This document shows positions 48,524-59,663 of a stretch of DNA of 64,000 nt, one piece after another. Numbering within the stretch: the stretch's first letter is position 1; the number at the start of each line of letters is the position of its first letter. This DNA is from Takakia lepidozioides. Taxonomy: Eukaryota > Plantae > Bryophyta. A program made the position numbers and the translations under genes. Location of the stretch: NCBI GenBank assembly GCA_030704615.1, contig CM060733.1, forward strand, positions 49,724,001 to 49,788,000, written 5' to 3'. The notes beneath the pieces are model-generated. The model saw only the letters and a program-made list of their open reading frames with translations, was not told the DNA's origin and ran no database searches.

Positions 48524-50484
48524 TCACACTCTAAAAATTCCATAGATTTTTAGCAGAGTCCCAAAAACAGAAACTAGATAGGTAGATTTCCCCTTTCTGC
48601 AGATATCCCCTCAAAAACTGAGTCAAACGGAGCTCATTTGACAAAGATATGACCAACCAGGCTCTTTAAACATTTAAATTAGATCAAAAAGGTTTTTTTT
48701 TTTTTTAACACCAAAACGCTTTTGCCATTACAACCTGTTCCCAGGTTATCTACGAGTTCCCGAGGTCGTTCCCCTCCAGGATTCTCCAGGCACCAAGAGC
48801 TCGTTAATTCCAACACTCGACCTCAGTTGGGTGGGGTATCACGATTTGCTTTCTCTGCGCGTGGGCCTGCCTCCTCGAGACCTAGAGACTACAAACCAGG
48901 AATTGGAGCGATTGGGGGAGCAGATGCACTGCGCAGCACCTTCATGGCTTATGGACAGGCGGCCTGCTGTGATGTGGCCGTCTTTGCATGGAATCCAAAG
49001 CCAAGACCAGCTTGAAGTTCCATCAACTTGGTCTAATTCGCATCTCTCGCCAACGATTATTGTTGGCTTAGAATGGTTTCCGCCTTCCTGTTACTGCTCG
49101 TGTTTGCTTCAGTGTGCAATCTACAGGTCAGGGATCGGCGACAACAGGCACCAGATTGCCCCGTCACCACCCCCACAAGGCACAGACGACTTCACTGCCA
49201 GGAAAAAGAAAGTGAATCATGCTCAGCATGTAGACCCAAGGCCTGGGTCCATCTGCATCAGCTCCAGTATAAGAGAGACAATCATATAGTTATCAAGTCT
49301 CTACAGGAATTTGTGATTGCCTCAGTAAAGTGGAACTCAATCTGCAGCCTCCTTCCGCCGCCTCTCCATCAACCCTTGGAGGCTCTCGTCCGCTGGCCTC
49401 ATCCGTCAGCATTGCTTCTCCTGCTACGAGTCTTCGCATTTCCTCCCCTGCTCGCCTGTGCAGAAGTAAGTACCCTTGACGCCGAAATGACAGTAGAGGC
49501 AAGTGATCAGTTGGAAGTGTTCAATGATGAGACAAATAGAGCTGGAGCTCCCTTGACCTGTATCGCCACAATCTTGGACTCGGGCAGTGTGCTGAGTTGA
49601 AAGCTGGGTTGTGAACCACCATTCGACTTTCCACCAGTTTCCACATCAAAATGGTGGAACCAAGGTGCAAGGCAGCAACAGCTACTTGGCTTTGTACAAA
49701 CCTGAAGCACTTAAAAAAAAACGAAAACGACTTTGCACCTTGCACTCTCCGAAATCAACAATGCCCCCAACAACCCTTTTTGTCAGAAAGTTGGTTGCTT
49801 ATGCAGATAATCGACCAGGTGAAAGCAGCTTTCCTAGCCACAATCACAAGTAGCATGAAGATTTGTGAGACTCCTGGTTTTGCAGTGTTGATGATATGCC
49901 AGCAATGGGCTCCCCGTTCTCCATCGCTTTGTGCTAGGCTTTCTCTCTCGGGCCCTGCACCTTCAACCAGCTCGCTGCGCCATGCTCTACCTGCCGGCGC
50001 TGCATTTACTGGAGGGAGCAGATTTACAGCTCCTCCTTCAACTGGCTCCGCTACACCAGCTCCACCTGCTCTTCCGCTGCCTTTCCTGACCGCTTCTGGT
50101 CTATCCTGGTTTTAATTTAACACTGGTCTGTGCACATCGAACTAAGGCGAGCAGCCCGGCCATCTCCAGGCACGGAAGTTCTACCCATCTGCTCCTCCTT
50201 TAAGTCTCGCACTTGGTCAGTTTCCCAATGGCCAATCGCTGCTACTCCACGATGTCTCCTCACCGACCAAAACAAAGGCTGCTTCCATGCAGTGTAGCTC
50301 CATCATGCCCGGCGGCCTCATGCCAGAACCAACGCTGATCGAAACCTGCATATTTTGTTTTGTTTTTTTGTTTTTTTTTTTTTAAGCTTCTAAAACTAAG
50401 CACTACTTACACACAGGTAATCGTACAAGTGCTAACCCTCAACTCCTACCTTGCACTCACAGGTAAGAGCTCATCTCTCTCGAG

Positions 50485-50844
50485 TGATAAGAAAGCTAAA
50501 AAATGACACTGCTCTCCACACAAGAAACAATGTGAAATCCAAAACCATCACTCTTTAAAACAGTAGTCGAGCCAGGGGCACCCCAAGCTATGGGGACTCC
50601 ACCCCACAACAACCTACACTCCCATCATGAGTACACTCAGATCTAAACGCACACAGGAGCTCGGTCGCGCAGGCTCAACTCGAGAGAGATGAGCTGCGCG
50701 ACTGCCGCTCTCGTGAAGATAAGACGGACCAGGTGTCAAACTAAACTTGACACCTGATTTAACACTTGACCTAAATCCAAGTGTTAAATACAAACAACTA
50801 GTTTTATGCTAGTTGTTTTCACACTGTGCTTATTTAACTTGACA
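50485..50844 (-). repeat. 5' LTR remnant: 131-bp core at 50714-50844 plus a putative U5 ending ...TTATCA at 50485
   Basis: The core is identical to 39362-39492. The CA at 50486-50485 is followed by a 17-nt sequence complementary to 50679-50695. Confidence 0.65.
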
Positions 50845-52679
50845 AATAAGATCAAAATTTCTTTGAACAAAAATCAATACAAATATATGAGTGCGGAAAT
50901 AACTTCCTACAAATCGCAATCTATTTGGGAGAGCTCCGTGTAACTTCGAAAGGCCCTTGCATGGACTCGACAATGTCATCATATTCATCATCCTTGCTAG
51001 TCCTCATGATCTCTCTATCTACTCGTCCACCACATTGAGATCAAGGATATCCTCATTTTCAATATGATTTGCAAAACATCTACACATAGTTTCCCCTACA
51101 CTAAGATCAAGGTAGATATGAGGGATATCACTGATATCCTGAGTGATTGAGCATTCCCCTCCACCAAATCATCATTCACTGCAAACAAATTGGTTACAAA
51201 ATTTGCTCGCATATTATCGTCCCCCTACCAGCCTGCACCAATCCCACATATAAAATTATAGTGTGTAAGAGTGTGTAAGTGATACTCACATGTGTGGAGT
51301 CTCCACGTGCCCCAATCCTGTACAACATGGCCCTTGTACTATTCTTAAGAAAATAAATGTTTTCTCTTCTCATGTGCCTAATTCTAAGAAATTCAATTAT
51401 AGCATGAAGATGCCTAATTTGAGAAAATGTTTTCAAAACATGCCTAATTTTCTGATTGATTGATTTTATTATTAGGCGCAAAAATGCCTAATCCATTGTC
51501 CATGGACGGTATGTTTGCCTATACTTTTTGGCCAGTAGCCCTAAGGTATGTGGGTTTTGGGGGGGTGCCATTGCCTGCCAATGGGGGGTGCAATAAAGGG
51601 TGTTGGGAGACACGCCACCCTGTGCACATGGGGTGCCTGGAATTTTCCCCTAACCTGACCTTAGTTGACACGTAATATGGAGGGCAGGTTAGCTACCCAA
51701 AATGGGGCTGATAACCACGAGTGTGGCAGACTCTAGGTGTTCCACGTGGTTGGGGCCAGGCCCAATGACGAATTGGAAAATGCCACCTCATAGCTGACGC
51801 GATTACCTCAATGACCCTAAACGTGCCCAAATCAGGCTTAACCCCAATGATAACCAGACATTTTTCTAAACCTAACCGACCCAATTTGGGTCGCTTCGTC
51901 CTTTAGGGGTTAACAGTCGTCCATGGTTTCACGGCCCTGCTCCTTATTTTTTCGGCCTCCGTTGCCTTTTCCAAACACAAAAAAAAATGCACAACAGGTG
52001 CATTGGCCTGTGGGTCTCGGGTTCAAAATCCCTATCATCGGTTTCTCTGCCTTCGGGCTGGGGCTCTAACTCAGATTGGGGGTTATATTCCCCCTTAAGG
52101 CCCAATTGCAGGGCAGGGAAGGCGTGAGACACCTTAGGCCCCGCCACTTATGTAGTAGGTAACAGATAAATTAATAAGAATTTCTATTGGTTCACCTTTG
52201 GCCAGGCTATCTGAATGATTGGAGGCAATTTTTTTTTTTTTTTTTTGGGAGGCATTCATATATTTACCGATGTTGTGCGGGTTTCAGCATTTTAATATAC
52301 CAGGCAGGAGGTATGGTAGGCTCTAGAGGGGTGCTTTGTTTTTGAACTCTGGTATCATTCTAAGTATTGCATAATGACAAATTTGCAAATAGTATACTGG
52401 TATAAGTATTTCCCTCAGAGATATACAATAGGAAGACAATAGGAATAATGTAAGAACTTACTGGATGCGTGTGATCTGACAGTACTTTCGCCGGATTCCG
52501 GCAACTTGGGCTCCTCCGGTGGGGCCCCTGTGAAATCCTCCCCACCCCCTCTTATCTCATTTTCACTATTAAATACTTAAGAATCCAAGTGGGTTGCAAG
52601 CTGTGGTGGGTAGTAGGACGGTAAGGTGATAGCATTGCAAGCGGCGAGGATCAAGGTTCGATTCGCAATGGGAGGCTCT

Positions 52680-52936
52680 CGTAGTGTAACCCCGATTGAT
52701 GCAACCCTTCGATTGGTGTAACCCTATGTAACCCCGGTTTCTCGTGTAACTCTGGTTAGTCCATTTTATACTTGCCACGGACTTAGTCAAATTTTGAGAC
52801 CAAGTATGGGTTACACTGACTGGAATTACACTCCATTCTGTGTAACCCCGATTGGAGTTACACACCTCGTCGTGTAACCCGATGTAACCCCGAGTGGAGT
52901 TACACACATCATCGTGTAACCCAGTGTAACCCCGAC
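52680..52936. repeat. Cluster of short imperfect gtgtaaccc(c)g repeats
   Basis: tgtaaccc occurs about 8 times, with one inverted copy (gggttacac, ~52808). Confidence 0.7.
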
Positions 52937-54201
52937 TCCTTCAGTTCCATGTCACTCTCAAGAGAGGGTAGGGAAGATTTGACATGCCGGAAACCAGCGT
53001 ACCATCATGTCAGAGCTTGCATGTGTGCATTAAGTTCTTACATTATTCCTATTATCTTCCTGTACAATATATGGTATCAATAGTATGGGTTCATTCTTTT
53101 TAATATCAGTTGAATATCAATACGGGTATCAATACTTTTCATCACCATCAAGTACACTCAAAATGCACCAAATTGAACACAGATTTCATTGCTGAACCCA
53201 GTTTTGGGCAATGCAAACTATACCCCATTCAAGAACATGAGTCAGACAAGAGAGTGGAAACAGCAACTTAGCAGTTGTGGCCCTCAAATTGATCCTATTG
53301 AGAAACTTAGCAGGTATGTGCCCCTAAACCAAAGTCCAACAAAAGAGATATATCCTACGGAATCATCATCCCCATTATGTGCCTTTAGTGTCTGCAAGAC
53401 CCTACCCAGGATGCACAACCAAATCTCCAGCGATCTGTGCCTATAATATGAGTATTAACCCTCAAGTTCCCAAGCCCTTTTTTGACTTTTAACCAATTTT
53501 GGGTACCCAGCTGCACTAAATTGCCCCTAGAAACCTACCAAAAATCATCCACAGATTCCAGCCTTATAGCAATGGGCCCAGCTCATTTATGCATGACATA
53601 CCAAAAAATGAGCCAAGTCCACCGTGGAAATTGTGAGATTATAGCGTTGGCCCGGACCTCAAATATCAGGTCCCAAAGAAAAAGTGAGAAAGAAATTGGT
53701 TTGACCAAATCTAGACTTAGCTTTCTCCAATTTTGCTTGCCCCAAGACCCACCATTTCCAAATCAATAGTGGAGTGGCTATGACCCCACTAAATTGCAGG
53801 TCCAACTGATTTTTTCACCTATGGTTGCTATTCATGCAATTACATGGGGGTTGAAATCTCAAAATTGACAACAGAAAATTTGCCTCCAAATGAAGTACGT
53901 TTTTTTCTACAATTTTTTTAAAAGCCAACGGTGGATGTGTGTATGGCTCTAAGGGATCCTTAGGGCAAATGTAAATAGCAAGTTCAAAAAAAAAAAAAAA
54001 AAAAAACACAAGGTGAAGTGTTTTCTCCAAAATTGCTAATTTTCTGCCAAAAATGGCCTTTGGAGTGCAATCTGTTTTGGGCTTGTTTACCTGCCACATC
54101 AGCGGTCAACAGCCCTTTTCAGGCCCCAAAACGTAAATGAGAGATCTAAAATATTTTTTGTAAGTCGCAGCTTTTGTTTTTTCTTAATTTTGTTTTTTTC
54201 A

Positions 54202-54572
54202 TCATACTCGAGACAAATCCCTTGTCATTAAAGCTTCAAGAGTGGGCCCCATCAGATTAGATCTGCAAAAATTAGGTCGAGTTGCAAATTCAAAGTGACC
54301 CGATTCAGGTCGCTTGGGAACTTAAGGGTTAAGCTCTCATAGCCGCACAATAATGGTAACAGCCTGATACGAAGTGGAAGCCTCATCATACTCATACTCG
54401 AGACAAATCCCTTGTCATTAAAGCTTCAAGAGTGGGCCCCATCAGATTAGATCTGCAAAATTTAGGTCGAGTTGCAAATTCAAAGTCACCCGATTCAGGT
54501 CGCTTGGGAACTTAAGGGTTAAGCTCTCATAGCCGCACAATAATGGTAACAGCCTGATACGAAGTGGAAGCC
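54202..54572. repeat. Tandem duplication, 190-bp period, 2 copies
   Basis: tcatactcgagacaaatccc...gatacgaagtggaagcc at 54202-54382 and 54392-54572. Confidence 0.95.
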
Positions 54573-54579
54573 CCAAACC

Positions 54580-54663
54580 GTAATCCATGGTATGCCCGGG
54601 TAGGTTCTCGAAGAACGTGCTGTAATCCATGGTATGCCCGGGTAGGTTCTCGAAGAACGTGCT
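54580..54663. repeat. 42-bp perfect tandem duplication
   Basis: gtaatccatggtatgcccgggtaggttctcgaagaacgtgct occurs twice. Confidence 0.95.
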
Positions 54664-54764
54664 GAACGTGCTGATACCTACTATTGATACGTGGGAGAAC
54701 CCGCAATACCAATACAACACTGGTGTTTATGTCATGGAATGTTATTGAATGAATCTTGCTAATG

Positions 54765-55185
54765 TTTATTTCATTGGGAGCATGTGCCCTACCTTAAAGG
54801 ACCACTCAAGATTTAAGGTACTTATGGTCATACCAATCAACCAAATCCATATCAATAATCCATAGTAATAAACTCATAAATGTCTTCATTCATCCATCAA
54901 TGGAACACATAAGGGACTGCCCAGTTGGGACCCAACCAAGATATAAGGTACCTAAGGTCCTTCAATGCAATGCCTAGTAATAAACTCACCATTCACCAAT
55001 GGAAATCATATGGAACATAAAGAACATGTGCCCAATTGGGACCCACTCAATATATCAGGAACCTAAGTACAATGCATAGTAATATATTCACATTCATCAG
55101 CCAATGGAGCACATATAGAACATAAAGAACATGTGCCCAGTTGGGACCTGCTCAAGATATAAGGTGGTAAGGTGCTTCCATGCAA
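54765..55185. repeat. Diverged ~110-125-bp tandem repeat, 3-4 copies
   Basis: Recurring caatgga..acata(t)..aacataaagaacatgtgccca.ttgggaccc.ctcaagatat. Confidence 0.7.
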
Positions 55186-55786
55186 CCGAATGCGTAATCC
55201 CTGCTAAAGGCATAGCCAACAAACTAAAGAGTTCACATAAGGTTCTCACTTTGCAAAGATCCATGTGAAGTAGGTGTCTGGATATCCTTACACAGTGCTT
55301 ACAAGAGACAGTGAAGTTCAAACTGGTATTCCGTAATGTGTTTAGCTTCAGTGAACATTATAGATGAACATGCCAATTCCAACTTGAGCACTAACTGCGG
55401 GGGATGCCTACCCCCATCCTTAGCATTGGTGTTTTAGCTTACCCCACATTTAACAAGGAGAAAGAGAAATCCCCTCCGCCTAAGATTTTGTGTTGCCCGG
55501 GGAATAGCAGGACCCACAAGTTTCTTTAACAGATTGGGTGATTCCAAGACAGCCAGATACATTGAAAGGATGCTGAAACCTTGCAGGAGAGGCGCATTAC
55601 CTTCTGGACAGTAATCACAATTCAACCCAATAACACGCAGAGGCCAGCTGTCAGCCATTGTCCCCCTACAGCAACTCACCTCATTACCCCCAGACCAAAA
55701 ATTTGAAGGTTGACCCCACAACCCTGGTCGATCCTTATTGTATAAGTCATCTGCACTAGAGAGATAGCTAGGAGTGATATGGACTC

Positions 55787-58700
55787 TTAAATGGTCAACT
55801 CATCTGCCTCACTCGCAAATGGACGAAACAAGGCCGCAACATCACCAATTGCCACATCCTCCACTCTCGCCGGCTTCCACTGTGGCTTCTGTAACCCCCC
55901 ATCAAGCCGCCATGTCACTTTCACAGCTAGTGTTGCAATTCACATTCTATTGGTTCGATCATCAGTTATTAAGCTGCCTTGTTCCCTTCCTCTAAACAGT
56001 AAATATCCTGTCCAAGATCCATGTACTAGTTCTAGGTAAACAAACACGGAAATAGATCACGTAGATAGACAGAACAACAGGTTGAACACCCCCATGTAAT
56101 AGACAACAACAACGGGTCATCACAACCCAAGCAGAAGGCATCCTTTGCGAAGGGACCCTACATGATGAATCGTAACCAGAACAACACCAGCATGACACAG
56201 AAGAACACAACACATGTGAGTCCCCACCTTCTCAAGAAGCTCGAGAACAGACCGATTCCACCATTAGTGTTCAGGAACCGCATTTTGTGCGTCAGGTGTA
56301 GGTTTGCCTTATTGAACAACACCTTGCAACCACACTTGTCTTAGAATAATAACTACCCATTTCTAGTGCAAAGTCACCTGGTCCTTGTCGACAAGCACTG
56401 CTCTGACGCCTTCAACAAAGTCTGGTCGAGTAGATGTCCGCACACCAAGTCGGAACTCTGCTCTCATCACCCCTTCTACCTGCCACACGCATCAACTTCC
56501 TGTCAGTACCCTACACCGTCGAAATCAAGTTTGTAATGTCTTGGCATTGACATGAACCAAGGACAGCTAAGCTTGCAAGATACTGACCTGTGCGAGGGCA
56601 TGGCCCGGGGTCGACACTGCAGCAGCTACAGCCGAGTAGTGGTGCTTTGTCACAAACAGACTAAAAGGGGCCCCCTTGGCTAACCCAGCCAGTGCTCCTT
56701 TTGCCCACTCTGCCACTGCCACCCATATGACAGCTCTGTAAACACTCGGTTAGACTATTAACCCTCTGGCACACATCCACCTAGTAGAAAGCTCAACTAT
56801 AAAACTGTTTGGGAGTAATCAAACCACTATCTGTATGCCTTTCGAGATCGAAGTTTTGGAAACAAATCAGGGAATAAATCAGGGCTAAGACAACTTGCCT
56901 CCAGGATCAGCTGAAAGTTGATGTTGCTTGAGCGCCTCAATGGACTCTCCGACAGAGAGTTGTGCGCCAAAGCAAGCAATGATGGCAGGTAGCAGGTTCT
57001 TTAATGATGGCTGCATGCCTGGCTCCGTGCTGTACTCTGTGAGCAATGACTCCACCTCTTCCCATGCATTGCTTGCCCTGCACAGCATAGAACCCAGTTC
57101 AGAACAGAAACACCCCTCCCTCTCTACCCTGAATTTGTCTCCTGCTTCTGCCAGGTGCAATCGCAGACATAGGGGTCATTTGTGCTGACTCTCACTATGG
57201 CCCCTGGTGTAAGGAAAATCTGCTCGCTTTCTCTTTCTCTTTCATCTCTCACCTCAGCTTGCCACCTTTGCAATCCAACGAGTGGCAACCGAGGTTCAAC
57301 TCTGAGAAGTAGACTTCAAACAACATAGTGACAAGGCGACTTGCACATCAAGCAAATGAAATGTGCTTGATAATTAAGTTTCTCAACAGCAATAATGTCT
57401 TACAGATTCTTGCTGAGAAGAGCCTCCCTCAAAGATGACAACCTCTCCGAGGAAACGTAATGGGTGCCCAATCCTAGAAACAATGCGTCGGCAGGATTTG
57501 AGATTCTAGCCCCTGTCATGGCCAGATATGCGCCTGCTTTCCCGCCCAACAAATAACTGGCACATGGGTCATCCACCATAAGGCACGACCACAGCAACTC
57601 ACCGACAGTGCCCTACAGAGAAAGATGATTCACTATACCATTGTGGGAACTTCATGAGGTACAGTAAGGATGGCATTCCATATTTCCCTGTACTGGACAA
57701 CTTGCAACCCATGGTCAAACTTAGGGACGACCACAAGCTGCACACCACCCCACCACGAACCCACAATGGCACACATTCAACGACGCTTTTCTGACCAACT
57801 TCAAAACCCTTGATGAAAACTGCTTACCTACAGCTCCATGTCCAGGACTCCTTGCAACCAAATGTGCAAAACCAACATCGGGGAACAACCCAATTGCATT
57901 CTCTGGCATTGCAAGCACCGTCCTCTGCCATGCACAGCACCCCCAAGTTACCTCCTTTCCATACCTTGCCCTCAGCCCTCAGCCCCACTTTCTACACACT
58001 CTCCCGCACTCTGTCCCGCTTTCTCTCCTGTCTCAGATTCATCCATCTACGGTGGTTTTCATCCTGCCTAACTCCATGTGTGCAGAAGAGAGTGCAGCCA
58101 AGGTGCTTGGGGGAGGGAGAGAGTAAGATACCTCCGTGATAATCCGATAGCGGCCATGACCAGAAAGGCCAATGCCAAAACCCATAGTGATGCCATCCAT
58201 GAATGAGATATAGGGCTTCTGGTAGCACGCAATTGCACATATCAAGCTGTACTCTGCATTGAACACCTGCAAGCATGTGCATCAGTCATCACAACTCATG
58301 AACCACCCTCCTTTCCTAAGTAAAGAAGGTGTTCGGCAAATTGAACAAAGTACTATGCAAATGCATAGTGTGCACAACCAGGTTGAGGCAGACATGTACA
58401 ACCATCAACAAGGACAAAACAGTAGGGTCATTGGGTACAGGCAGGATTCAGGATTACAGACACAACCTGGCGGGCAGTTGCGAGCATGGCTTCCTGAGTT
58501 GTGGTAGTCATAGTTTTAACATCTCCACCTGCAAGCAGGTAGGCAGTGCCCTTTCATGACACCTAGTGTATGCTAAACGTCAACAACCCTTCCTAGGCAG
58601 AGGCATGCAAGGGTCTCATGAACCCCAAGAACAGATCCCTACCTTGTGCACCACAGGCGTGCTTACATCCTCCTGGATGGTTGCTGCCACCCCTTTTACA

Positions 58701-59663
58701 TCCATGCCTGCATTCACCCCGCGAGAAGACGACTTCTCCATCACTACTCAATGCATGCCTCACTATAGCAATGCCCTTGTTGTGAACCTCTCTTCCTCAA
58801 TTCCTCAGCTATCCAAAATGGCAGCTTTGAACCCCAATGCAGAATTCAAGAAGGAAGCAAGTACCAGCAGAGAAGGCACGGGAGGAGGAGCTCTCCACCA
58901 GAACAGCGTGAACATCCTGGTTTGTGGCCCAGTCTTCTAGGTACTTCTTGTAAATCAAATCCATGTCTGCCATGAGCATGCCACATTGCAAAAAGCTTGA
59001 TTGGAACCCCTCAATGTCAGGAGGTCAGCATCCACATGCAGATTGGATTGTCTTTCCCCCCAGATAAATGACCCTTTGTGATCATGCCCACCTCATCAAG
59101 CCACACCAAGGTATTCTTGATTTGTGGAGCACAATGGCTCAGTTCACTTGACATTGCATGAAACATATGAATCTTCAAGAATCCAAGAGCACTGGTGTAG
59201 TCAATTGACAATTGAAGACTAACCTCGTGAGTACCTGGAAGAAAAGAACAGTCAAATTCCCTGGTATGTTTGATTGATAGGGTCGTGAAAGACTTCCCAC
59301 GGTGGTGGCGCATGAGCTTTTAGCTTCTTGTGCCGAGCAATTGAATACCCCACAATGTTTTTGGAAGTTACTACTGTTACTGCAACGCATCTAGTTGACA
59401 ATGGAGTTTTGGCATCAGCAGAGGCAATCGTCCCCACTCTTCTGCGGACATGCTGTCGGACGATCCTTCCACAACTTGTCGTCTCGGATTTCTTGAGGCT
59501 ATGAAGTTAATGCCCTTTATTTAAAACCGATCAGAAGCAAGATGGAGGTGAGAGAGGTACCGACGTTCATGGCGTTAAGGGCCTTGGGACGATCCAAAGT
59601 GAGAATTGCAGTGCCATTGGCCGCCACATTGCCCTGTACCCATGCTTGCGCACTGCCCGCCAT
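55787..59663 (-). CDS. 3-hydroxyisobutyryl-CoA hydrolase-like protein (crotonase superfamily). Exons: 59663-59561, 58966-58865, 58707-58643, 58266-58132, 57924-57828, 57533-57404, 57077-56899, 56715-56588, 56479-56378, 55888-55787; an upstream transit-peptide exon is possible
   Basis: [86 protein letters not shown]. Phases are consistent across all introns. Confidence 0.92.

Larger units (their letters stand above)
39348..50844 (-). mobile_element. Ty3/Gypsy LTR retrotransposon encoding gag, PR, C5-DNMT, RT, RH, INT and PHD
   Basis: Domain order PR-(DNMT)-RT-RH-INT. Identical terminal direct repeats at 39360-39492 and 50712-50844. PPT-like AGGGGGGCGAT at 39590-39580. Confidence 0.95.
39200..51509. 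mobile_element. Tc1/mariner-like MITE (~0.8 kb when empty) split by the Gypsy insertion
   Basis: 24-bp TIRs CCGTCCCTGGACAACGGATTAGGC (39200-39223) and GCCTAATCCATTGTCCATGGACGG (51486-51509), 22/24 match. Each is flanked by TA. tgcctaat subrepeats occur in both arms. Confidence 0.8.

Noticed and set aside
48722-50115. Plus-strand ORFs of 97-175 aa in the element leader as an antisense gene
   Set aside because: They overlap in different frames, are low in complexity and have no recognisable domain.
52260-54723. hAT-like element with CAGTGTT-type ends; a similar motif is at ~28824
   Set aside because: Only one convincing end was seen, with no 8-bp TSD.
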